A stretch of 52,393 bases of DNA, taken from the NCBI GenBank assembly GCA_045046875.1, contig JASFYY010000087.1, forward strand, positions 1-52,393. The letters are read 5' to 3'. The translations under genes and the position numbers were made by a program. The notes beneath the pieces were generated by a model. The model had not been told where the DNA came from. It saw only the letters and a program-made list of their open reading frames with translations, and ran no database searches. Positions 28,301 through 35,479 of the stretch are shown one piece after another. The stretch's first letter is position 1. Each line of letters opens with the position of its first letter. Origin of the DNA: Verrucomicrobiota bacterium. GTDB lineage: Bacteria; Verrucomicrobiota; Verrucomicrobiia; Verrucomicrobiales; DEV007.

Positions 28301-30124
28301 GGAGCAGGCGGAGTGGGCATGGCGGCTATTCAGATCGCGCACCATTTGGGAGCCAATGTGATTGCTTCTGCCGGTAGTGCGATCAAACGCGACATGCTGA
28401 AGACGCTCGGTGTGGCCGAGGTGATTGATTCACGTAAGGGTGATTTTGCCGAGCAGGTGATGGAACTGACCAACCGTCGAGGAGTGGATGTGGTGCTCAA
28501 CGCACTGGCTTCCGAGGCTATTCCGATGGGCTTGTCCTGTCTCGCCGAATCCGGACGTTTCATCGAAATCGGTAAACGTGATATTTATCAGAATTCGAAA
28601 TTGCCTTTGTTCTCATTGCGTCGCAACGCTTCTTTCCACGTGATCGCCATGGATGCGATTTTCGCTGGAGACGAGGATCTCACCCGCGAGCTGTTGAAAG
28701 AGGTGGTGGATCTGGTGAAAGAGGGGGCTTTGACCGCCTTGCCTTTCCGCACATTCCCCGCTTGTCGAGTTGATGCCGCTTTCAGATTGATGGCTGCGGG
28801 CAAACATATTGGTAAGGTGGTGATCGCTTTTGCTGACCCTTTTGTTCATCGAGTGGGAGAAGCGCTGCATAAGGACTTCACCGTTAGTGCTGAAGCGACC
28901 TATCTGATTACCGGTGGTTTTGGTGGTTTTGGTCGGGTATTGGCGAAGTGGCTGGTTGAATCCGGTGCGCGTCACTTGACCCTGACCAGTCGACAAGGTG
29001 CGGCGACCAAGGGCGCACCCGAATTCATCGCCGAGCTCAAGGAGCTGGGAGTGGAGACTCTGGCAGTGGCTGCCGATGTGGGTTCTGCTGAAAGTGTGAA
29101 AGGTATCTTTAAAGAAGTCGAAGCTACCGGCCGGCCACTGAAAGGTGTGTTCCATCTGGCGATGGTGATCGACGATGCTCCGTTGGGTGATCTGAATGCT
29201 GATCGCATGAAAGCGGTGATGGAGCCCAAGGCACTCGGTGCCTGGTTGTTGCACGAAGGCACGGCGAAAATGGATTTGGATGCGTTTGTGATGTTCTCAT
29301 CGATTTCGAGTATTTTTGGAAATCCGGCGCAGGGGAACTACTCTGCGGCTAATGCTTTCATCGATGCGCTGACTCATCACCGTCATTCTCTTGGTTTGCC
29401 TTCTTTGGGCGTCAACTGGGGTGTTCTGGGTGGTGAAGGTTATGTCGCTCGAAATGAAAAAGTAGCCGAGTTTTTGGAAAAACAAGGCACTTCGTCGATC
29501 GAACCCAACGAGGTGACCGGTCTGCTTGAGGCTTTCCTGGATGCCGATGTGGCGCAGGCTGCTGCGATTCGGGTGGATTGGGCCAAGTGGCGTAAGTCTT
29601 TCCGCACCATGCAGGAGAATCCTTTGCTTGAGCGAATTTTCGCTGGCGGAGTGGAAGCGGATGAGTCTTCAAGTGGCGCCGGTGATTGGCGGGTGAAGAT
29701 CGAATCGGCTGATCCTGACGAGCGTGAAGCGGTGGTTTGCAAGGCGGTTCAGGACATCGTTGGTTCGGTTCTGCGAGTCAAACCTGAGACTTTGCGTGAA
29801 GATCAACCGCTGACTGACCTCGGTCTGGATTCGTTGATGGGGGTGGAAATCGAGACTTTGATCGAAAGTTCCATCGGGGTGACTTTGCCGCCGACCAGCC
29901 TGATGCGTGCCCGCACCATCGGTCAGATTGCGACATTGATCTACGGCCATCTTGGCGGAGAAAGCAGCGCTGCGGCTCCGGCTGAAGCAGCGGCTCCGGT
30001 CGAAGAGGAGTTGTCCTTGGACGAAGTCGATTTGGATGCTCTGTCGGATGTGGATTTGGACGGTTTACTTGATGGCGCTTCGGAAGATGAAGCGAAGCCG
30101 GAAACGGCAGCATCGGCGAGCTAG
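22385..30124 (+). CDS. Single-module highly reducing type I PKS: KS-AT-DH-cMT-ER-KR-ACP
   Basis: KS DTACSSA/EAHGTGT/KSNLGHLE; AT GQGPQW/GHSVG/HPFH; DH HKVDSHVVFP and HPVILDG; cMT LEVGAGTGG/NVLH; ER NFRDVL/HAGAGGVG; KR TGGFGGFG/IDD/NYSAAN; ACP LGLDSL. Confidence 0.96.
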   Translation: MDKEKIAIIGMGCRFPGKLNDVESYWDFLLKGGNAVVEVPSDRWNVERFYDAEPGLAGKTIAKWGGFIEGIDQFDPQFFGISPREAPYIDPQQRLLLETAYEAIEDAGVILDFENGTNIGVFAGISHTDYQSIQGSATDRTGISPHSPTGNAHSIAANRISYCLNLIGPSIAMDTACSSALSATHAACEELLKGRCDMALAGGVTVMITPDGFIGFSQAGMLSPSGQCRAFDASANGFVRGEGAGMVLLKPLSKAVADGDQIYAVISGTSTNQDGHTNGISLPGEDAQRRLVKDACKDAGVDPSTIGYVEAHGTGTAVGDPIEAHALAGALCENRSADEPLAIGSVKSNLGHLETAAGVAGLIKAALVVERGQIPPSLHFEKPSEHIDFDECKLRVPVEVEDFPETNGDGPRLVGINSFGFGGANAHIILEQPPVQETKRKASGKSAKSWPVMLSARSEESLKAAAGDLADWVEAQDVSEGSDTLLGDLVFTLGARRNQHAYRLTAVVTSAAELVEELRAHVEEENGTTLRDSFTPAPEHPVRVGFIMSGQGPQWWGMGRELMASEPVFREAMEACAAAMEPHAQFSLLEELARDEEDSRLKQTAIGQPAIFAMQYALCELWKSWGVEPAAITGHSVGEIAAACLAGILTMEEGARVIVLRAQLMNECARGEGTMLAIAVTKEKAEELINKHDASVSIAAFNGPQSLTLSGPEAALKLIQEELEAEEIFARFVKVDHPFHHALMQPAADALEKALADFTPQEETVPFFSTVTGERCDGKDVTANHWARGIRQPVQFVSAVGAVDEFGVDVWLEISAHPALAISIKECLADSENKSTVVASARREREYASALEAALELHRLGVVMDFAAMTPSRHLLTLPTYAWNMERWWHEAGELRDSRLAPGGKGLLDTRTPRATPTWTTRLDERHMAYLRDHKVDSHVVFPAAAFIDMVLEAGIEIFEGRPFAIEGLDIRKPLIMSDPPVGLILELSYDPNERTFLIQSCFEPSDTWSVHVVGYLRSERVESSFTESDWEAPGDDLASVPADEFYEYMANLGLRYGDEFKPVKELNASNGKSSGVVKMSEASAKRVGEYALHPVILDGALHVFSAGAQTIEDRKAGMKLPVRFDRILYVKSPGATSRVRAEVLTCNEELIEGRIGLYDESGSPCVLVDGFRAVAMSSVRRSGASGGGRDVVYHVDWERSDAAAQPKALESMPLQDLSKTVETALNEVLDMRGRDKLIKVMADEDVLAAAQIANGMREMGVNAKTAATFSADSLKVTELMRPVFKRLMDKLAKRGLVEAAGEGWTALPAFDEAAQSSDAALKNFLINHPGHLPEGMICATTGADFGPILTGEKDAVQVLFGGPGADLLEQFYGDGLFSSHWMTGMAAGVQEAARRLPEGRGLRILEVGAGTGGLAAYILPQLERNLHSYIFTDVSAGFFLPAQQKLAAFPEVEYKAFNLEKTPEEQGFDEGPFDFIVGTNVLHAVADVTESVKNLHEMLAPGGTLLFMDLATPQLWTEMTFGLTSGWWSFTDRDLRPDQPLISRETWAKVLENSGFEEVTTLPGLLGPEGGEGQVGIMGRKAWDGKAPVRIAKKSSEETEEGEEAEVVETPEEPEASSWVIFADEEGVGASLAQNLKSEGKECRVVTQAGAFADKGEGAFEMNPENPEDWTKLFESWTAEERPQRFVYMWTIDEKIAEDGKDALIGTDSMLHFSHALDQFYPTGGCRVDHITRGGQPAGRDQGPVTVSQGPAIGLFRVVLSEHPNIPCQGVDLPTQVSADDAEMLLAEFRSPNTDREVALRGEARYSQRLTRGLAVDEKILPPDVSLRLESRERGILDSLKFTAFANEECAAGEILIKVKAAGMNFRDVLKALALYPAETADARMYGDEVAGEVVAIGEGVDNVAVGDQVFGLAVFGLATHTLARAADVTLIPEGVTHEEAATLPVVFMTSWHALKHAARLRKGEWILVHAGAGGVGMAAIQIAHHLGANVIASAGSAIKRDMLKTLGVAEVIDSRKGDFAEQVMELTNRRGVDVVLNALASEAIPMGLSCLAESGRFIEIGKRDIYQNSKLPLFSLRRNASFHVIAMDAIFAGDEDLTRELLKEVVDLVKEGALTALPFRTFPACRVDAAFRLMAAGKHIGKVVIAFADPFVHRVGEALHKDFTVSAEATYLITGGFGGFGRVLAKWLVESGARHLTLTSRQGAATKGAPEFIAELKELGVETLAVAADVGSAESVKGIFKEVEATGRPLKGVFHLAMVIDDAPLGDLNADRMKAVMEPKALGAWLLHEGTAKMDLDAFVMFSSISSIFGNPAQGNYSAANAFIDALTHHRHSLGLPSLGVNWGVLGGEGYVARNEKVAEFLEKQGTSSIEPNEVTGLLEAFLDADVAQAAAIRVDWAKWRKSFRTMQENPLLERIFAGGVEADESSSGAGDWRVKIESADPDEREAVVCKAVQDIVGSVLRVKPETLREDQPLTDLGLDSLMGVEIETLIESSIGVTLPPTSLMRARTIGQIATLIYGHLGGESSAAAPAEAAAPVEEELSLDEVDLDALSDVDLDGLLDGASEDEAKPETAASAS

Positions 30125-30138
30125 ACGGAACAGAGCGG

Positions 30139-31524
30139 ATGGAAAAAAACAATGCCTTATCACGGTTGAAGGAAATGCTGGCGAGCGGAAAAGCCCGCCT
30201 GCAACCTTTGACTTTCTCCCAACGCGAGATTTGGGAGACTTCTCCAGTCAAACCGAGTGATCCGGCAAATCACATCTGTTCGTTTTTTGAAGTCAAAGGA
30301 CCAGCTACGGTTGAGCAGATCAAAGCAGCGGTGGGTAAGGTGGTCGAGCGGCAGGAGGCCATGCGCACTTCTTTTTTGCCTGGCAAGGAGCGCCCACTGC
30401 AGATTATTCGCGCTGTTGGCGGTGAACCTGCGGTGCGTTTTCGTGAACTGAGCGAAGAGGAGGCTGAGCCCGGAGCTATCGAGGCAGTGATGGCCGAGGG
30501 TTTTATTGAACCCTTCGATTTTTTAAATGGCCCGCTTTACCGCATGGATATCCTGCAACGTGGTCCGGAGGATTTGGTCCTGGCTTTTACGGTTCACCAC
30601 AGTGTGGGGGACGGATGGACGTTGGGCGCGTTTGTTGAAGATTTGTGCACGGCTTACATTCTGGGTTTGCGTGAATCGGGTATGGATTTGGGGAAGATCA
30701 AGGGCATTCGTGATTCCCTGACTCCGCTGGCGATGACCCATAGCGAATGGGGGGCGGTTGAGCGTGCCCAGTGGAAACCTGAAGAGATTGCCAAACATAC
30801 GGATTTTTGGAAAGCACGCCTGGCGGGATCAAAGTTGTTGTGGGGGGACGCAGGAAAACAAGGGGACAAGAGTGAGCGGCTGCAGCGTTGGGTCGCGGAG
30901 ATGTCCGAAGAACAGGCAGATAAGGTTCGTGACCTGGCTCGCCAGTTGGGGGTGACGGTTTTCAATGTCTTGCTGGCGGCTTTCCAACTGACACTTTTCA
31001 AGCGGACCGGGGTAGATGACATTGTATTGGGGACACCGGTGGCCAACCGAACCAAGACTGCAGTGCGTGAAACGATGGGCTATTTTTCGGGAGTCGTTCC
31101 CTTGCGCGGCAAGATCGATCCTGAGCAAACTTTTGCCGACCGGGCAAAGGTGGTGCATGAACAGACGATGGATGCCTTTGAGCACGCCATTCCTTTTGCC
31201 GAACTGGCAGCGGCTGTGGGTGAACCCAAATCAGCAGATCAGCACTGCGTATTTGATACCCGTTTTGCTTACCAGAACCATCCGATGCCGGAAGTTTCCT
31301 TGCCGGGTATTTCGACCCGGGTCAGGGTGATTTCCACTGGCACCGCACGTTTTGATCTGGCCTGTGAGTTGACCGAGGACAATGGGGGATTCGAGGTGGT
31401 GTGGCTGCATCGGGAATCGGTGGTATCTTTGGATGAGGTGAAGGAACTGAACCAACTGTTTCACGAAGTATTGACAAGCGTCTGTGAACAACCGAAAATC
31501 AGCCCAGCGGCAATGAAGATCTGA
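30139..31524 (+). CDS. Stand-alone NRPS-type condensation domain protein
   Basis: PLTFSQREIW, RQEAMRTSF, HHSVGDG active motif, DIVLGTPVANR, PFAEL; no A or PCP domain. Confidence 0.92.
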   Translation: MEKNNALSRLKEMLASGKARLQPLTFSQREIWETSPVKPSDPANHICSFFEVKGPATVEQIKAAVGKVVERQEAMRTSFLPGKERPLQIIRAVGGEPAVRFRELSEEEAEPGAIEAVMAEGFIEPFDFLNGPLYRMDILQRGPEDLVLAFTVHHSVGDGWTLGAFVEDLCTAYILGLRESGMDLGKIKGIRDSLTPLAMTHSEWGAVERAQWKPEEIAKHTDFWKARLAGSKLLWGDAGKQGDKSERLQRWVAEMSEEQADKVRDLARQLGVTVFNVLLAAFQLTLFKRTGVDDIVLGTPVANRTKTAVRETMGYFSGVVPLRGKIDPEQTFADRAKVVHEQTMDAFEHAIPFAELAAAVGEPKSADQHCVFDTRFAYQNHPMPEVSLPGISTRVRVISTGTARFDLACELTEDNGGFEVVWLHRESVVSLDEVKELNQLFHEVLTSVCEQPKISPAAMKI

Positions 31525-31548
31525 TGATTCTTTTAAAGTCGGAAGCGA

Positions 31549-32505
31549 ATGAGCGAGCAGAACAGCCAAGTCACTTATACTCCGTGGGGATCGTGGGTTA
31601 ATCGCACCGCCATCCCGGTCGTTAATATTCTCTTTTATCTCGGTCAGGCTCTGCTGGCTTACAGTGTTTACCGGGGCTGGCTTTGGCTTTCCATTCCCCT
31701 GGTTTTAGTGGTCAGTCATTTGATGCATGGTTACCTCATTGGCTTTCATGAAGCGACTCATTGGGGTTACCGGAAGAATCGTTTTTTGAATGACTTCAAT
31801 GGCGTGCTGATGGGCACGATCAGTTACAACAGTTTCACGCTCTACCGCATGTTGCATCAATCACATCATGTGCATTTTGCCACCCAGCGGGATGTGGAGT
31901 TGTGGCCTTTTAATGATCCCGGTGCGCCTTTATGGAAACGGCGTTTGGTTGCTTTCATCGAATTGAACTTTGGCTTGGCTTTCACTCCGTTTCTTTTTTG
32001 GCGGGCGTTTTTCCATCGTGATACGGAAATTCGCAATCCTAAAATCAGGCGTCGGATCTGGATGGAACTGGCATTGATCGTGGTATTTTGGACGGTGACC
32101 TTCACTTTGGTGGCCCATTATCAGTTGTGGCCCTGGTTTTTCTGGAACTATCTCATCCCGGCTTATATCACGGGCAATATGCAGAGCTGGCGCAAATACA
32201 TCGAGCATGTCGGCCTGAGTGGTAATACGGCACGCAGCGGCACCCGCAGCATCGTCACCGATACCTGGGTGGGAAAATTGATTTCGCTTTCTTTGTTGCA
32301 TGAGCCTTTTCACGGGGTTCATCACATCAATGGCAAAATGCACTATTCGGAAATGCCCGAGCACACCGATTGGCTGGCTCCGGAAGAAGAGGGGGATACC
32401 CAGCCCTATGCGAGTTATCACGCGGCTATTGCGCATTTGATCCGTCAACTGCCTGACCCTAAAGTGGGAGGTCAGTGGAAAACGGTTGAAACCAGTGGGG
32501 ATTGA
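31549..32505 (+). CDS. Membrane-bound fatty acid desaturase family protein
   Basis: His boxes HEATH, HQSHH, HGVHH; several transmembrane segments. Confidence 0.9.
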   Translation: MSEQNSQVTYTPWGSWVNRTAIPVVNILFYLGQALLAYSVYRGWLWLSIPLVLVVSHLMHGYLIGFHEATHWGYRKNRFLNDFNGVLMGTISYNSFTLYRMLHQSHHVHFATQRDVELWPFNDPGAPLWKRRLVAFIELNFGLAFTPFLFWRAFFHRDTEIRNPKIRRRIWMELALIVVFWTVTFTLVAHYQLWPWFFWNYLIPAYITGNMQSWRKYIEHVGLSGNTARSGTRSIVTDTWVGKLISLSLLHEPFHGVHHINGKMHYSEMPEHTDWLAPEEEGDTQPYASYHAAIAHLIRQLPDPKVGGQWKTVETSGD

Positions 32506-32571
32506 TAGAGTTTGTGATTCCCTCAAGCTTCGGCTACACTTTCGCCTTGATTCAAGATTTGATAAAAACCC

Positions 32572-33291
32572 ATGAGTTCTGCTAGCCCATCTGATGCCAA
32601 TGCCCTCCTTTTTGAGGCCATTGAACTGAAAAAAGAGTACGATGACGGACGGGTTCCGGCATTGCGGGGGGTCAATTTCAAGATTGAAGAGGGGGATTTT
32701 GTAGCCATTATCGGTCAGAGTGGATGTGGTAAAAGTACTCTACTTAATATGCTGGGAACTTTGGATCATTTGACCACGGGCAGTTTGCTGTTCCGAGGGC
32801 AATCGATTCTCGATTTGCCGGATCCCGCTGCTTACCGGGCGCGTGAGATTGGGTTTATTTTTCAATCGTTTCACTTGTTGCCGACTTTCACCGTAGTGGA
32901 AAATGTCCAGATTCCGATGTTCGGTATGCCGTGGTCGCGCACAGAACGCCGTGAGCGAGCGGTTAAATTGCTGGATGATGTGGGGCTTTCCCATCGCTGT
33001 GATCATTTGCCCTTGAAACTCTCAGGTGGAGAACGCCAACGGGCGGCGATCGCACGCAGTTTGGCGAACGAGCCGGCGGTATTGCTGGCGGATGAACCGA
33101 CGGGTAATCTGGATAGCAAAAACGCGGTGCAGATCATGGAACTTTTGGACAAACTTCACGAGGAGAGAAAAACGACCATGGTGATGGTGACGCATGATTT
33201 GGAGGTCGCAGGTCATGCCAAACGAGTGATAAAAATGAAGGATGGATTGATCGTTTCTGATAATAATTCCGTCGAAGAAACCAGCGCATAA
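32572..33291 (+). CDS. ABC transporter ATP-binding protein (LolD/MacB type)
   Basis: GQSGCGKST, GFIFQSFHL, LSGGERQR, LLADEPTGNLD, VTHD. Confidence 0.95.
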   Translation: MSSASPSDANALLFEAIELKKEYDDGRVPALRGVNFKIEEGDFVAIIGQSGCGKSTLLNMLGTLDHLTTGSLLFRGQSILDLPDPAAYRAREIGFIFQSFHLLPTFTVVENVQIPMFGMPWSRTERRERAVKLLDDVGLSHRCDHLPLKLSGGERQRAAIARSLANEPAVLLADEPTGNLDSKNAVQIMELLDKLHEERKTTMVMVTHDLEVAGHAKRVIKMKDGLIVSDNNSVEETSA

Positions 33292-33296
33292 GGATT

Positions 33297-34412
33297 ATGA
33301 ATTTTTTAACTATTGTTACTCGTAGTCTTTGGCGCCGTCCGGTGCGCACCAGTTTAACTCTTGTGGGTATCGCCATCGGAATTGCCGCGGTGGTGGCCTT
33401 GGTGGGTATGGCATCGGGTTATGAAAAAAGCGTAGTCAAACAGCTCGAGGTACTCGGTATTGATGTGATTGTCAGTAATATGGAGGGCGGCATGATGCCA
33501 AAACCTTTTGATGCCAAGCTTCAGGATGAGATCAGGGACTTTCCGAATGTGAAGAAGATCACCAGCGTCTTGATGCGTATGATCAGTGTCGAGGATGCTC
33601 CGATGATGATGGTATCCGGGCGTGAATGGGGAGGCTTCACCTGGGATCAATTGACGGTGGTGGAAGGTCGTATGCCCAAGGATGAAAAGGAACGAGTGGT
33701 GGTGCTGGGGCGTCTTGCCGCGGAGGTTTTGAAAAAAAAGGTAGGGGATACGGTGACGGTTGAGATTGAGGATTTTGAAGTGGTGGGGATTGTCGATGGC
33801 AAATCAGTGGTGGAGAATGGGGCGGTGATTCTGGCTCTGCCGTTGTTTCAGGAGGTGAGCGGTTATGAAGGCATGGTGAATTTCATTGATATTCAAGTGC
33901 CGTCGGAAGCCGATAAGGAGACGACCAAGGCTTTGTGTGATAAAATCCAGAAAGTTTTTCCCGAGGGACGTGCGGTGATGGCAAAAGAAGTGGTGGGCAC
34001 GAGTCAGGGGTTTAAAATTGCCCGGGCGATGAGTTGGAGCACTTCACTGCTGGCGATCATCGTCGGGGTTCTGGGAGTGATGAATACCATGTTGATGACG
34101 GTTTTTGAGCGCACCCATGAGATCGGCATTTTTCTCGCTCTGGGCTGGAAGCGTCGCCGTATTGTTTACCTGATATTGTGTGAATCTGCGATACTGGGTT
34201 TGCTGGGAGGTGTGATTGGGGTAGTTCTGGGAGTGCTCACTTGTACGATCCTTGAGATGACACCTGCGATTCACGGCTTGCTGGAACCTGATCTTTCATG
34301 GACGCTGATGTCGCGTGCGGTGATGATCGCGGTATTGGTGGGTGTGGTCAGTGGTTTGTATCCGGCTTGGAGGAGCTCGCGCTTGACGCCGAGTGTGGCC
34401 CTGCAGGGGTGA
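33297..34412 (+). CDS. ABC transporter permease (FtsX/MacB/LolCE type)
   Basis: RT.LT..GIAIGIAAVV, large periplasmic loop, NTMLMTVFERTHEIG..ALG, GLYPAWR.SRL.P. Confidence 0.93.
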   Translation: MNFLTIVTRSLWRRPVRTSLTLVGIAIGIAAVVALVGMASGYEKSVVKQLEVLGIDVIVSNMEGGMMPKPFDAKLQDEIRDFPNVKKITSVLMRMISVEDAPMMMVSGREWGGFTWDQLTVVEGRMPKDEKERVVVLGRLAAEVLKKKVGDTVTVEIEDFEVVGIVDGKSVVENGAVILALPLFQEVSGYEGMVNFIDIQVPSEADKETTKALCDKIQKVFPEGRAVMAKEVVGTSQGFKIARAMSWSTSLLAIIVGVLGVMNTMLMTVFERTHEIGIFLALGWKRRRIVYLILCESAILGLLGGVIGVVLGVLTCTILEMTPAIHGLLEPDLSWTLMSRAVMIAVLVGVVSGLYPAWRSSRLTPSVALQG

Positions 34413-34446
34413 CAAAACGAAAATTAAAAAATTTGCACATCGAGCG

Positions 34447-35478
34447 ATGAAACTCGGAGAGCTGGTAGAAAGAATAGAAGGAAGCCTTGAAGGGGATGCT
34501 GAGTTGGATATCAGCGGGATTGCGGGCTTGGTTGAAGCCGTAGCAGGCGAGCTCAGCTTTTTTTCCAATCCAAAATACGCATCCCTGCTGGCAGAAACCA
34601 AGGCTTCGGCAGTGATTGTTGCCGAGGATTGGGAAGGCAGCAGCCCGTGTGCGGTGATCAGGGTCAAGTCTCCTGATAAAGCGATGGCGATGGCAGGTTA
34701 TGCATTTGAGCCTAGCTGCCACCCTTTGGCAGATCCGGGTATAGATGTGGCGAGTTCTGTGCATGAAGATGCTTGCTTGGATGCAAGTGTCAGCGTGGGA
34801 CCGTTCTGTGTGGTGCGACCTGGCGCGGTGATAGGACCGCGCACGGTATTGGTGTCCGGCTGTTATGTCGGCAGCGATGCGGTGATCGGCAGTGACTGTG
34901 TTTTGCATGCCAATTCGGTGGTGCGGGAAAGGGTGGTCCTTGGGAATCGGGTGATTCTCCATGAAGGTGCCGTGGTGGGAGGTGAGGGTTTTGGCAATTA
35001 TTTGGAAAACGGGGTGTGGCAGAAAATCCCTCACATCGGCACGGTTGAGATCGGCGACGATGCGGAGATCGGGGTGAACTCGACCGTTGATCGGGCACGT
35101 TTTGGCAAGACCGTCATTGGTCAGGGAGTGAAGATCGATAACCTGGTGATGGTCGGGCACAATGTGCAAGTCGGGGATCACACGGTGATGGCGGCCCAGG
35201 CTGGCATCGCAGGAAGTGCGACGATTGGCAGCCACGTGGCGATCGGTGGGCAGGCGGGGTTGGCTGGGCATTTGCATGTGGGAGACACCGCGAGGGTGGG
35301 GGCTCAGGCAGGGGTGACAAAAAATATTACAGAGGGAGTATATGTGACAGGTTACCCTGCCATTCCTCATGACAAAGCAGCCAAAGGGCATGCCAACTTG
35401 ATGCGCTTGCAGAAGTGGAAGGAAAAAGTGAAGCTGCTTGAAAAGAAGCTGGCGGCATTGGAGCAGGAAAAAAGCTAA
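34447..35478 (+). CDS. lpxD: UDP-3-O-(3-hydroxyacyl)glucosamine N-acyltransferase
   Basis: LSFFSNPKY N-domain, hexapeptide repeats, GEGFG, KIPHIG.V.IGDD.EIG.N.TVDR, KIDNLV.VGHNV; ATG 34447. Confidence 0.95.
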   Translation: MKLGELVERIEGSLEGDAELDISGIAGLVEAVAGELSFFSNPKYASLLAETKASAVIVAEDWEGSSPCAVIRVKSPDKAMAMAGYAFEPSCHPLADPGIDVASSVHEDACLDASVSVGPFCVVRPGAVIGPRTVLVSGCYVGSDAVIGSDCVLHANSVVRERVVLGNRVILHEGAVVGGEGFGNYLENGVWQKIPHIGTVEIGDDAEIGVNSTVDRARFGKTVIGQGVKIDNLVMVGHNVQVGDHTVMAAQAGIAGSATIGSHVAIGGQAGLAGHLHVGDTARVGAQAGVTKNITEGVYVTGYPAIPHDKAAKGHANLMRLQKWKEKVKLLEKKLAALEQEKS

Positions 35479-35479
35479 T

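Noticed and set aside
22385..31524. Identification as PUFA synthase, sup/swf cluster or a standard PKS-NRPS hybrid
   Set aside because: No tandem ACPs or pfa partners, no extra SupA-type domains, and no A or PCP domain
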